DNA of 64,000 nucleotides. Source: Promethearchaeia archaeon (GTDB lineage: Archaea; Asgardarchaeota; Lokiarchaeia; Sigyniarchaeales; SOKP01). Positions 36,410 through 46,889 of the stretch are shown here, in pieces. Position numbers and translations under genes: made by a program. The stretch is from assembly GCA_029856045.1 (NCBI GenBank), contig JAHQWG010000016.1:96001-160000 (forward strand), written 5' to 3'. Within the stretch, counting starts at the first letter, position 1. Each line of letters starts with the position of its first letter. Under the pieces are notes generated by a model. It searched no databases. It saw nothing but the letters and a program-made list of their open reading frames with translations, and was not told the origin of the DNA.

Positions 36410-37153
36410 ATGAAATGTAAAAAACATAATTTATCCTATAAATATGTATGCCCGGAATGCTTCCAACCGTATTTAGAGGAGACACCCTTTTCGAGTTTAG
36501 AAGAAATCAGAAAATATCAAAAATTAAATTCTAAAAGAATTAAGACAACAAATCTAAATAATAAAATTAATTTAATTGCTTGTCTGAAAATTAAATATTA
36601 TAATAATGTTGCTTACGCTGGATCAATACTTTATAATATTAAAAACCAGAAATACAAAAATTTTAAGATAAGAAAGTATAAACAAATCATTCCTTATTTC
36701 CCTACTCTTTTATTTTTGAGAGATCTGGAAATTTATTTGAATTTAGCTGAACAGATTAAGTTTAATCCGGATTGTTATATATTAAATGCAAGTGGTCAAT
36801 TGCATCCTTTTCTATTTGGAGTTGCATCTGATTTTGGTGTAAAGTTAAAAGAAGAGATTCCAGTTATTGGAGTATCTAAGAATAATCTTTGTAAGAGTAG
36901 TATACCTATTAATTTAAAAGAATTAAATAAATCTAAGATTGTAGGAGACATAGTATTTAAAAACAAATTAGTAGGTAAATATTTATTAATTAAAAATCTA
37001 AAAAATGGCATTTATATTTCTGTTGGTAATAATATTAGTTTAAATTTCGCTATGATAATTATATCAAATTTATTAAAATATCGAATCCCTGAACCTATAA
37101 GACTATTAAACATTGAATTAAATAAAACTATTAAAAATGAAATTGAAAGATAG
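36410..37153 (+). CDS. endonuclease V-like protein with degenerate active site and N-terminal Zn-binding motif
   Basis: PYFPTLLFLRD, SGQLHP..FGVASDFG, PVIGVSKN.L, IYISVGN, YRIPEPIR. Confidence 0.75.
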   Translation: MKCKKHNLSYKYVCPECFQPYLEETPFSSLEEIRKYQKLNSKRIKTTNLNNKINLIACLKIKYYNNVAYAGSILYNIKNQKYKNFKIRKYKQIIPYFPTLLFLRDLEIYLNLAEQIKFNPDCYILNASGQLHPFLFGVASDFGVKLKEEIPVIGVSKNNLCKSSIPINLKELNKSKIVGDIVFKNKLVGKYLLIKNLKNGIYISVGNNISLNFAMIIISNLLKYRIPEPIRLLNIELNKTIKNEIER

Positions 37154-37426
37154 ATACTTATTATTAAATTTACTTTCGTAATATTTACTTCTTAAAATAG
37201 AAATATTAAGATATATCTTAGAATGTTTAATCAAATTCCATATATCTCAGAATAATTTGATTATTTTATAAAAAATAATCCAAGAATATAAAGATTAACA
37301 AACTAATTCAGATGGAGCTTAGGTTTATTTTTAAAAAAAAAAGGGGACTTTATAAAGACAGAGAGTAAATTAAAAGTAAAAAATACAGAGAGAGAGAGTA
37401 AATAAAAAATAAAAGAGTAAAAAAAA

Positions 37427-38596
37427 ATGGCATCTCAAATAAAACCTATCTATTTTGGCCCTAAAGCTATATTTGATCCATATTTTATACCTCCTGAATT
37501 ATTGCATAGAAAATCTGAGGAAGAAATGCTTAGTACAATTTTAAAAGACTCATTTTTAGATAACTTTGGGGCTAATATTTTAATTAAAGGAATAAAAGGG
37601 GTTGGGAAAACTGTTCTAATAAATAAAGCGATATCAGATTTAAAAATAAAAAGTAAAGATAACGGCAAAGATATTTTAAAATTATTTGTAAATTGTGAAG
37701 GGAAAAATCTAGAAGAAATAATAATTTCATTGATTTTAAACTTAGAAAAGACAGAAGAAATGAAATTAGATATTAATTTCTTGGTAAATTTGACTATTCC
37801 AAGACTATGGAATATTTTAAAACTTGCTTGTAAAAAATGTAATACTTTTAAATTTCTTGTATTTCATAATATAGAGGAAATAGAGCCCAAGATTTTTAAA
37901 AAATTTTTAAGATTTGGTAAAGAGATGAAAATTTCAATAATATCAACAATTAACAAGATTTCCATCAATCCAGAATTAAACTTTCTTTCTGAATTTGATG
38001 TTAAGAAAAGGATTGATTTATATAATCCATCACAATTATCTGATATAATTAAACAAAGATTTGCTTTAACTTACCCCTTTAATATCGATGATTCTCTTTC
38101 AAATTTAATAGTTGATTTAGTTGCGGAATATGATTACTTAAGACCAGGCAAATGCATAGAATTGATGAGAGAAATTTACCCTATCATTAAAAAAAAAAAT
38201 GGATCAATTACATCTGATCACCTACGAGAACAATGTTTACTGCAATTTGATTCTTTTTCCTTAGACGAATTTGAGATAATTTCATATCTAACGGAAGCAG
38301 ATATTTTAATAGACATTTTTCTGGATAATTTGGCAAATTACTTTTCAAATGAATATAATTATTACATTGATTTAGTTAAATTAAAAGAATTATATGAAAT
38401 ATCATGTGAGACATTAGAATTTGAAAAAAAATCTAGTGAATTTAATCGAATACTCCAAAAGCTATTAGATTTAGAAATTTTAAAAGAATCAAAATTTGCC
38501 AGAAAATACCCCAATAATATAAGATTTTTTTATTCAATAATGCAGACATCTCAATTAAAAACAATGATTGATGTTATATTTGGAGAAATAAAATAA
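37427..38596 (+). CDS. Orc1/Cdc6-like AAA+ protein, divergent
   Basis: IFDPYFIPPELLHR..E, GIKGVGKT, VNC, YNPSQLSDIIKQR, C-terminal winged helix; Walker B reads VFHNIE. Confidence 0.75.
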   Translation: MASQIKPIYFGPKAIFDPYFIPPELLHRKSEEEMLSTILKDSFLDNFGANILIKGIKGVGKTVLINKAISDLKIKSKDNGKDILKLFVNCEGKNLEEIIISLILNLEKTEEMKLDINFLVNLTIPRLWNILKLACKKCNTFKFLVFHNIEEIEPKIFKKFLRFGKEMKISIISTINKISINPELNFLSEFDVKKRIDLYNPSQLSDIIKQRFALTYPFNIDDSLSNLIVDLVAEYDYLRPGKCIELMREIYPIIKKKNGSITSDHLREQCLLQFDSFSLDEFEIISYLTEADILIDIFLDNLANYFSNEYNYYIDLVKLKELYEISCETLEFEKKSSEFNRILQKLLDLEILKESKFARKYPNNIRFFYSIMQTSQLKTMIDVIFGEIK

Positions 38597-38889
38597 TTTA
38601 AATGAATTTAAAATCGATTTAATTAATCCTTATAAAATTCTTAAAAAATTTGAAAACGAAACATTTAAATAGTTAAAGGGAAATATTTAAGTTTACAATA
38701 GAGAGATCGGTAACATATAGAATACTACTAAGCATTATTTACGCTTTAATTTAATTACGCTTATAAGGGATTCACTGACAAAATCATTATAATATAAATT
38801 TACGATTTTTTGGGGATTTGGGTTAGGAAATAGGTTCTGATGTATTTATAGTATTATTTATAAATTAAAAAAAAATGAAATAAAAAAAA

Positions 38890-39795
38890 ATGGATGATAT
38901 TAAAAATTTGATCAGTAAGAAAGAAATTAAGTTTTCAAATCAATGTCCCGAATGTGGAAGTGAGATTATTTCACAACCAAAAAGAGGAGAATTGGTTTGT
39001 GAAGGATGTGGTTTAGTAATAAGTGAACATATAATTGATACTGCTCATAATGGGAAAAGAGCCTTTACTCAACAAGAGAAAGAAAAACGAGAGAGTACTG
39101 GGTCTCCAATTACTTTATTATTGCCAGATATGGGATTAAGTACTGTAATAGATAAAAAGAATTTAAATGATCCCAATCTTAAAAGGGCTGCAAAATGGAA
39201 TACTCGGATGACTTGGGACAAGCGGAATATGTTACTAGCCACAACGGAATTAAAAAGAATTGCAAGTAATTTAAATTTACCTAATCATGTTAAAGAATTA
39301 GCTATAAAAATATATAAAAACGCTTTTAATAAAAAATTATTACGAGGTAGATCCATCAATGGGATGGTATCAGCAGGGTTATATTATTCCTGTAGAAAGG
39401 AAAAAATTCCCAGAACACTTCAAGAAATTATTGATCAAACCAATGTAAAGCCAAGAGATGTTAGAAGATGCTATAGAACTCTTGTTAGAGAATTAAATCT
39501 TAAAGTTCCTTCAACAAACCCAATTTTATTAATTCCACGATACGTTACAGATCTTGGACTTTCACAAGAAGTTGAGAAAGATACAATCGAATTATTAAAA
39601 AAATTTATTAAAAATTTCTCAACAAGTGGAAAAGATCCTAAGGGATTATGTGCAGGGGCAATATATTTAATATGTAAATTAAAAAATATAAAGGTCTCAC
39701 AAAAGAAAATTGCAACAATCATTGGTGTCACAGAGGTTACACTACGTTCCAGATATAAAGAACTTTCAAATAAGCTTAATTACAATAAACAATAA
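38890..39795 (+). CDS. tfb: transcription initiation factor IIB
   Basis: CPECG..GELVCEGCGLV, RAF, D.GLST.I, LLRGRSI, PRTL.EI, GKDPKG..A, VTEVTLRSRYKEL. Confidence 0.95.
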   Translation: MDDIKNLISKKEIKFSNQCPECGSEIISQPKRGELVCEGCGLVISEHIIDTAHNGKRAFTQQEKEKRESTGSPITLLLPDMGLSTVIDKKNLNDPNLKRAAKWNTRMTWDKRNMLLATTELKRIASNLNLPNHVKELAIKIYKNAFNKKLLRGRSINGMVSAGLYYSCRKEKIPRTLQEIIDQTNVKPRDVRRCYRTLVRELNLKVPSTNPILLIPRYVTDLGLSQEVEKDTIELLKKFIKNFSTSGKDPKGLCAGAIYLICKLKNIKVSQKKIATIIGVTEVTLRSRYKELSNKLNYNKQ

Positions 39796-39874
39796 TAATT
39801 GAAGAAAAGATTAAGAAGTTACCAAAAACCAATGTTTTTGGAAAAATATTTTTTTTTTATTTATGATTAATTTG

Positions 39875-40465
39875 TTATTTTATTTTATCGATTAATATTT
39901 TCATAAAATCAGATAATGTTAATACATAACTCTGAATATTTGGTAATTGATTTTTTATTTTAATAAACATTTGTGAGTAATGTTCTGCACGTTCTTTTAC
40001 CTTTAGTAAATCATTTCTACTTTGTTCTCTTATTTTTTCTACAGGTATTCCTTTCATTATTGCTCTCTCTTGAATCGTTAAGCCAGAAGGAACTTGACTA
40101 TTTTCAAGGATAATGACACCTTCACCTATAGAAGCTCCTTCATAAATAATTGTTCCGGCTAACACTTGAATATAATCTGCGAAAACACATCCAAAAATTA
40201 ATACTCCAGTTTCAATTATACAGAAATTACCTATGATTATTGGAGATTGGTGCGTCCTAGTAATCAAAGCCACATTATTAAAAATTGTTGAATATTGGCC
40301 GATTCTTATTTGGGCATTTTCTGCTCTGATATACGAGCCGGGCCAGATTACAGCATTGTCCTGCACCTCGATATCGCCGATTAGAACACTATTTGGAGAG
40401 ACATAAGCATTTTCGCTTATTTGGGGTTTTTTACCATTATATTCAATTATTGGCATAATCATCAA
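39875..40465 (-). CDS. gamma-carbonic-anhydrase-like left-handed beta-helix protein lacking the Zn-binding histidines
   Basis: YNGKKPQI..AYV..LIGDIEV...IWPG.IRAE..IRIG; hexapeptide repeats; GIP..KIR. Confidence 0.8.
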   Translation of the reverse strand: MMIMPIIEYNGKKPQISENAYVSPNSVLIGDIEVQDNAVIWPGSYIRAENAQIRIGQYSTIFNNVALITRTHQSPIIIGNFCIIETGVLIFGCVFADYIQVLAGTIIYEGASIGEGVIILENSQVPSGLTIQERAIMKGIPVEKIREQSRNDLLKVKERAEHYSQMFIKIKNQLPNIQSYVLTLSDFMKILIDKIK

Positions 40466-40576
40466 TTATATTTCTTAAAAATAATTATTAGAATTCTTAT
40501 ATATTATATTTTTCTTTATATCTTTTTAATATTTATTCTTAAAATTAGGGTCTTTAAAATTAAAAAAATGAAAACC

Positions 40577-41386
40577 TTAGATTGCATAAGAAAAGGGATC
40601 ATTTGAATCAAAAAAAATAAAAGACTCTCGGGGAAATTCAATTGAAAGAATTTTATATAGCTCTTTCATTCCAATAATCTCGCTATTAAAATGAGGGGTT
40701 ATAATTAGATCTAAATTTAAATCTCTAGCGATTAATGCTGTTTCATATTGGATATCTCTTGTTAGCATACAATCACAATTAAGTTTTAATGCATTTAATA
40801 GTGAATTCTTAGAAACTTTTTCAATTATACAAATTTTACTTATCTCATCATTTATTTTACCGATGTATTTTATATATCTCAAATTCAGATTTTTTTTAAT
40901 TCGATTTATCAAATCTTCCAGCAAGAAAGGTTTAGTATTATTAAAAAACTTTTTAGGTGTACAAATTCGGCCTAAAGGGATTTTTTTACCAGATTTATCT
41001 TGTAATTCAAATAAATTTTCGATTTTTAATGACAACCGATTTGCAATAATTTCCAAAATACCATTTTGAGCGACTTCAAATGCTATATTAATAACAAAAA
41101 GAATAATATGGGCGCTTGATAATAAGTAAAATTTTTTGATAAGATTTTCGTGAAAATATTTTGTGGGAGTGTGAATTAAACCATGATGGGAGATAATCAA
41201 TGAAACTTTTTGTTTTACACCTTCTATTATTGCATCTAGAGAAGGATCTAAGGTAAGCATAATTTTTTTTATATTTCTATCCTCAAATTTTGGCCCAAAT
41301 TGAATTCCATAAATATCATTTTTAAAAGCAAAATGTTTTGGTGCAATTTTTTTCTCTAGAAAATCAGTTATTTGACTTAAAAGCAT
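40577..41386 (-). CDS. Nif3/DUF34 family metal-binding protein
   Basis: D..G.Q.G, LTLD, IISHHGL, LGRI, PHFNSE. Confidence 0.85.
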   Translation of the reverse strand: MLLSQITDFLEKKIAPKHFAFKNDIYGIQFGPKFEDRNIKKIMLTLDPSLDAIIEGVKQKVSLIISHHGLIHTPTKYFHENLIKKFYLLSSAHIILFVINIAFEVAQNGILEIIANRLSLKIENLFELQDKSGKKIPLGRICTPKKFFNNTKPFLLEDLINRIKKNLNLRYIKYIGKINDEISKICIIEKVSKNSLLNALKLNCDCMLTRDIQYETALIARDLNLDLIITPHFNSEIIGMKELYKILSIEFPRESFIFFDSNDPFSYAI

Positions 41387-41566
41387 AATTATACGAGAAT
41401 TTCTTAGTTTTTTTAAATTTTAATAGGCTCAAAGTTTATAGGAATACAAAAAGGAAATGGTATGAAAAAAAGGATAACAAAAAAAATAAATACTTATTAA
41501 AATTTATAATTACTATTTTCTGATATTTTTCATAATAAATAAAAAATATAAATGTGATAAAGATAA

Positions 41567-41983
41567 ATGGCATCGAATCAAAACTGTATTTTCTGTAAAA
41601 TTATAATGGGGGATATACCTTCTAAAAAAGTATTTGAAAATGATAAAATTTTAGCTTTTCTGGATATTTTTCCAATATCTCTTGGTCATACAATAGTGGT
41701 CCCTAAATCACACGTAAATTATTTTGAAGATGTTGATAAAACTGAAGTTTGTGAAATTTTCAATATAGTCCAAGATTTAGCTAATGAATATTTAAAAAAA
41801 TTAAATATAGATGGATATAACATACTGGTTAATAGCCATTCAGCAGCAGGTCAAGAAATAAAACATTTTCACGTACATATTATTCCTAGAAAATTAGATG
41901 ATGGAGTAATTAGACATAAAATTCCTAAAAATCAAGCAACATCGGAAGAACTTGAAAAAATTTTGAAAGAAATATCTTCTTAA
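41567..41983 (+). CDS. HIT family nucleotide hydrolase
   Basis: CIFCKI, AFLDIFP..GHT.VVPK.H, AGQEIKHFHVHIIPR. Confidence 0.93.
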   Translation: MASNQNCIFCKIIMGDIPSKKVFENDKILAFLDIFPISLGHTIVVPKSHVNYFEDVDKTEVCEIFNIVQDLANEYLKKLNIDGYNILVNSHSAAGQEIKHFHVHIIPRKLDDGVIRHKIPKNQATSEELEKILKEISS

Positions 41984-42130
41984 AAAACTCTTATTTTCTT
42001 TATTTTTAATTTTTAATAAAAATAATTAGTTTTAATTTTAGAAAAATTAGAGAATTTTATATAGTTTTATATAAAAAAAAAATCGGTTTTAACAAGATTA
42101 AATATTTATAATAGCTAAAAGGATACAAAT

Positions 42131-42715
42131 ATGAAATTTGACAAAAAAAATAAAATAATTGATGTAAAAATCGTTTTTTATGGTCCTGCACTAAGTGGAA
42201 AGACTACAACTTTAAAATATCTATTTCAAAAATTTGGGAAGTTAGATAAAATTAAATCCATTAATACTACCACTGGAAGAACTTTATTTTTTGATTTTGG
42301 TATAATAAAGTTAAAAGGGATTAAGTGGGATGTTAAATTTTTGATATATTCCACAACAGGTCAAGATTTTTATTATATAACTCGTCCAATGACCTTGAAA
42401 GGAGCAGATGGTATAATTTTTGTAGCAGATTCATCGGTAGAAAGTTTTGATAGAAATTTAAATTCATGGAAAGAATTAGCAAGTTTATATAATGAAAAAT
42501 TATTGAAAATGCCTATTGTATGCAATTTTAATAAGCAAGATTTGTCAAGGAAATTTAATTATTTAGATTTTTTGGAGAAAATATATTTTAAAAAATATAA
42601 ATCATTTGCGTTTTTTAAAACAATAGCTCTTGTAGGAGATGGTATTGTAACCTCTTTTAAAAAAATAATTGAACTAATATTTCCAGGATTAATAATTAGT
42701 CAAATATCAACCTAA
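42131..42715 (+). CDS. MglA-like small GTPase
   Basis: KIVFYGPALSGKTT, RTLFFDF, YSTTGQ, LKGADGIIFVADS, NKQD. Confidence 0.88.
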   Translation: MKFDKKNKIIDVKIVFYGPALSGKTTTLKYLFQKFGKLDKIKSINTTTGRTLFFDFGIIKLKGIKWDVKFLIYSTTGQDFYYITRPMTLKGADGIIFVADSSVESFDRNLNSWKELASLYNEKLLKMPIVCNFNKQDLSRKFNYLDFLEKIYFKKYKSFAFFKTIALVGDGIVTSFKKIIELIFPGLIISQIST

Positions 42716-42770
42716 AATCAAAATTTCCAAAAGAAATAGGAAATTCATATTTATTAATAAAATAGATTTT

Positions 42771-45700
42771 TCATAAAATTTCTGGAATATCTCTTCCACA
42801 AAATTTACAAATTTTATCATTAATAATTATTTTTTGGCCACAGTAGGGACAGAATTTAAATTCTTTTAATCCAATATCATGCTCAAATTTATAATTATTA
42901 ATCTCGTAATTATTTTCATAATAATCCTCATAAGTTTTATTTAAATCACGTGTTTTTCGAGATAATAAAAGAAATGTTATGATAATTGTACCTATTACAC
43001 CTATAATTATTAGAATTATGACTATTAAATAAGGATCAATTCGATCATCACTTATATTCATAAGAATATAGAAAGTATCAAATCCCCCTTCAGAATCTTG
43101 AACAGTTATATAAAATAGACCATAATAGCTACTATACGATGCTACAGATTTTTGGATTACTCCATTATCTGAAGTATAATTTATAAATTCCGGAATTAAA
43201 AATGCACCTAGGAAATTTTTAGAATCCGTATTATAACTTAACTCCAAGAACACAAAATTTGAGGAGAATAAAAGGCTAACAACACCATCAGTTGAGGAAG
43301 TGACTATAAAAAAATTTATAAAAACTCTCAATTCATCTTGATTATCCTCATAGTCAACTAACTCACCCGTTTTTATTTGGAAATTATAGTTTGTTAGAAG
43401 AAAAGTATCTTGAATAGTTAAACTTTCATTAATTATAGTTTCATTGAAATATATATATGATCCGTAAAAAGATTCAGTTAAATTAATAATAGGGTCATTA
43501 TTTTCGATATTAAAGAATAAACGATTAGAATAGGGATTAGAGTAATTTTTAGAGGATTTTGGGATTAAATAAAAAAAAGCATAACCTGCCGTATCTTCAA
43601 TGTTAGGAATGAAAGTGTATTTATATTTATTTGAACTTTCTTCTTCAAAATTTAAAGTTTTATTAATTGTATTTCTTGAATTAAAGAAGGAACTAGGATG
43701 AATTCCCATATAAGCAGTTAAATTAATATTAGATTTATCTAAATTAACAATTATTTGATTATATATCCCACTTTCCCGAGTTATGCTAGAGTATTCTATT
43801 GAATAATTAATGATTTCTGGGATTTTAGATTTATTAGGGTGAAGTAATTTAATCTTCTTTTCAAAAATTTCATTATTAATTTTTACAGAGATACTAATTA
43901 TATAATTTTCATAACTAAAATTTGGTAATTTTATTGAATCGTTATAATAGACACCATCTCCCAAATTTAGTAATGTAATGTTAATATCTTTTTTTGTTAC
44001 CGGATTTTCGATCGATGTATTAAGACTGGTTCCAATAATTAAATTAGAAATTCCCATTTCAGTAGTCTGATTTTTAATAAATACAGATAAAGATGTAGTA
44101 TTTGTGAAAACCCTTTCTGATTTTAATCCGAGATTGATAGCTAAATCATCTTCAGGAAGTAAAAATTTAATGGCATTCTGTAATAACATGGAGTGATCTG
44201 ATGAATAAGAAATATCATCATAAAATTCATCTAATAGCCAATTCAAATCTCCAAACGCTAAGAATTTGCCTTTGCCTTCATCTGATTTATCACAACTTGC
44301 TACAACCGACGAATTATATAATTCTGCTTGGGATACTCCATTTCCATAAACATCAAAGGCACAACCGGTTAACCAATAAAATTTAGAGACTCCTTTAAAT
44401 ATTGAAGAATTTTCTAAAAAATCTTTTACTTCATTAGAATCTAATATCGCGCCAATTCCTACATGAGTTGAATTTTCAATATTTTCTCCTTTTATTTGAA
44501 TTCCAACATTTAATTGATCAAATAAAGAATTAATATTTTCTGTGCATATTTCTTGATATCTTGCTCCCAGAAATAGAATATTACCTCCCGTTTCAAAGTA
44601 TTCTTTTAAAGCTTTTACTTCTGATTGACTATAAGGTAAAATTGGGTTTTGCAAAATAATTAAGTCATAAAAACTTAATTTTTCTGAACTTAGAATAGAG
44701 TTATTTAAGGACGAATTATATTTAGGTATCCATTTATCCATAAAGTATATAGGGGAACAATTTAGATTTGAAAGATCTTTCATTGATCTATAAAAATCAA
44801 TTTGTTTGAAAGAATATTCCGGAAACCAATCATTTAAACCATGAAATGACTCATATAATATTTTAAATTCGGGTATTTTTTTTTCAATTTCTATTTGTAT
44901 CTGATCTATTATTTCTCCTGTAATATCATCAGACATGTTTATCGTGATTTTTTCAACTCCTGGAGTAGCATTAAAAAGAATTTCAACATAAATTGATAAA
45001 AAATCAACTCCGTGAGAGTTAAAATTTATTTTTTCCTTATCTAATTCTATCCTAATATCAAGAACTTGATCAGATATTTGAAATGTAATATTTCTTGTGA
45101 TTCCTGATAAAACCGTTAGGTTAAAAATTTGTTTATCGCCTGGATAATTAAGAAGATCAAATGGTTGTATTGGAAGTTTATTGGGATAAATAGTTGTAAT
45201 ATTGTTTACATCTTTAGTCGAAGAATTAATATCATGTAATAAATTAATAGATTTTGATATATTGATAATTCCGGCACCGATTTTCAGGGTTTCATGGTTA
45301 TTCGTTTTATATGCTCCTTTCAATAATGCAATTTTTGCTGCTTCTGGATTTAAATCAGGAAATGCTTGTAATAACAAAGCTAAAGCACCCGAGACCATTG
45401 GACATGACATAGAAGTTCCACTGAGTGGATAATAATCATAAGAACCGGGATAATTAATATAATCTCCAAGATATTTCTTTTCATTGGAGATTATAGAATT
45501 AATTGCTTCTGTAGAGATAATATTTTCTCCTGGAGCGCATATACTTGGGTAATATTGATAAGTATTTGTTGGACCCCTGCTACTAAATATAGATAAATTT
45601 CCATTTTTATCAACCGAACCTACAGCGATGGCATTTACACTTGTTGCGGGGATTCCGCCAGAATAATAACTGGGTCCATCATTTCCTGCTGATACAACAC

Positions 45701-46736
45701 ATAAAACACCTTGATTAGTCGCATTTGTTATGGCTAATGTAATTGGATCATATACTTCTGGATATGAAGTTCCAAAGCTCATACTAATTATTTGAGCACT
45801 ACTTTCTACAGACCATTCAATAGCTTTTAGAATATCAGTATCTTTTAGACTTCCTGATGAATTACCAGCTTTAACATTCATAAGATTTACATTTGGAGCC
45901 ACTCCTCGATATTTTCCTGAGGAGATTTCTCCATCTCCTCCTATAATTCCTGCAACATGTGTTCCATGTCCATTTCTATCTATAAAATCAGAATTATCTG
46001 TTTCTTCTCCCTTAGAAGCGAAATTTGTTTGCTTTATTATTCTTGTTTGAAAATCGGGATGAGGGTAAATTCCAGTATCAATAATAGATACATTAATTCC
46101 TGTACCGTCATATGTTAAATTTTCAGCACCAATTGATTGTAGCCACCAATTATTCCAGTCCACTGGATTTAAACTATTTTCTTGAATTTTCATGTTATTT
46201 GGGATTGTATAAATATTTTCCTTAAAGATTTTTATGATTTCATTGGATTCTTCAATTAAAGTTTTTAATTGTAGTAATTCTGAACTCTGACATTCCAAAT
46301 ATATCCCAGGAATAATATTAAATTCATAAATTATGTTAAAATTGCTAAAAAGCTTTGTTATTTCTCCTAATCTTTCTTTCTTTGACAATTCTTCATTAAA
46401 AATGATTATTACTGGAACTTTTTCATCATATAATTTATTTTTATTATTAAGTAAGGATTTTTGTAGATTAATACTATATTTTGATAACCTTTCCAACTCT
46501 AATTGATTATATTCTTTACTTCTGATGTAATTTTTATAAATATTATCATTGAATTCATTTGATTGCGAAAAAAAATCATTAACTGCATCTTCTGCAATAT
46601 TATAATCAAATTCTTTCTGGTTAATATTTAATTGATTATGTGACAGATCTAAAAAAAAGATATTTGTAAATAAAAACAAATAGATAAATGATATATAGGC
46701 AATATTATAATAATATTTTACCAAAATTGAATTCAC
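42771..46736 (-). CDS. membrane-anchored S8 subtilase, site-1-protease-like architecture, C-terminal zinc ribbon
   Basis: IIDTG / GHGTHVAG / SAGNDG / SGTSMS; GATase-like domain; C-terminal TM followed by CPYC..CKFC. Confidence 0.88.
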   Translation of the reverse strand: MNSILVKYYYNIAYISFIYLFLFTNIFFLDLSHNQLNINQKEFDYNIAEDAVNDFFSQSNEFNDNIYKNYIRSKEYNQLELERLSKYSINLQKSLLNNKNKLYDEKVPVIIIFNEELSKKERLGEITKLFSNFNIIYEFNIIPGIYLECQSSELLQLKTLIEESNEIIKIFKENIYTIPNNMKIQENSLNPVDWNNWWLQSIGAENLTYDGTGINVSIIDTGIYPHPDFQTRIIKQTNFASKGEETDNSDFIDRNGHGTHVAGIIGGDGEISSGKYRGVAPNVNLMNVKAGNSSGSLKDTDILKAIEWSVESSAQIISMSFGTSYPEVYDPITLAITNATNQGVLCVVSAGNDGPSYYSGGIPATSVNAIAVGSVDKNGNLSIFSSRGPTNTYQYYPSICAPGENIISTEAINSIISNEKKYLGDYINYPGSYDYYPLSGTSMSCPMVSGALALLLQAFPDLNPEAAKIALLKGAYKTNNHETLKIGAGIINISKSINLLHDINSSTKDVNNITTIYPNKLPIQPFDLLNYPGDKQIFNLTVLSGITRNITFQISDQVLDIRIELDKEKINFNSHGVDFLSIYVEILFNATPGVEKITINMSDDITGEIIDQIQIEIEKKIPEFKILYESFHGLNDWFPEYSFKQIDFYRSMKDLSNLNCSPIYFMDKWIPKYNSSLNNSILSSEKLSFYDLIILQNPILPYSQSEVKALKEYFETGGNILFLGARYQEICTENINSLFDQLNVGIQIKGENIENSTHVGIGAILDSNEVKDFLENSSIFKGVSKFYWLTGCAFDVYGNGVSQAELYNSSVVASCDKSDEGKGKFLAFGDLNWLLDEFYDDISYSSDHSMLLQNAIKFLLPEDDLAINLGLKSERVFTNTTSLSVFIKNQTTEMGISNLIIGTSLNTSIENPVTKKDINITLLNLGDGVYYNDSIKLPNFSYENYIISISVKINNEIFEKKIKLLHPNKSKIPEIINYSIEYSSITRESGIYNQIIVNLDKSNINLTAYMGIHPSSFFNSRNTINKTLNFEEESSNKYKYTFIPNIEDTAGYAFFYLIPKSSKNYSNPYSNRLFFNIENNDPIINLTESFYGSYIYFNETIINESLTIQDTFLLTNYNFQIKTGELVDYEDNQDELRVFINFFIVTSSTDGVVSLLFSSNFVFLELSYNTDSKNFLGAFLIPEFINYTSDNGVIQKSVASYSSYYGLFYITVQDSEGGFDTFYILMNISDDRIDPYLIVIILIIIGVIGTIIITFLLLSRKTRDLNKTYEDYYENNYEINNYKFEHDIGLKEFKFCPYCGQKIIINDKICKFCGRDIPEIL

Positions 46737-46889
46737 ATAAAGGTTATGATTTTTTTTTATTATAAGATCTCAATAATATATTTTAATATAAATCTAATGT
46801 TAAACATTTAAAAATCTAAATAAAACTCACCAATTACTGTAAAGTTCTAAAAAGTTTAATATTAAAAGAAGAATATTATAATAGCAACT

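Noticed and set aside
37154-37426. Replication origin upstream of the cdc6-like gene
   Set aside because: Only a weak TTCAGATGGA and a lone GGGG; no repeated ORB-quality motif
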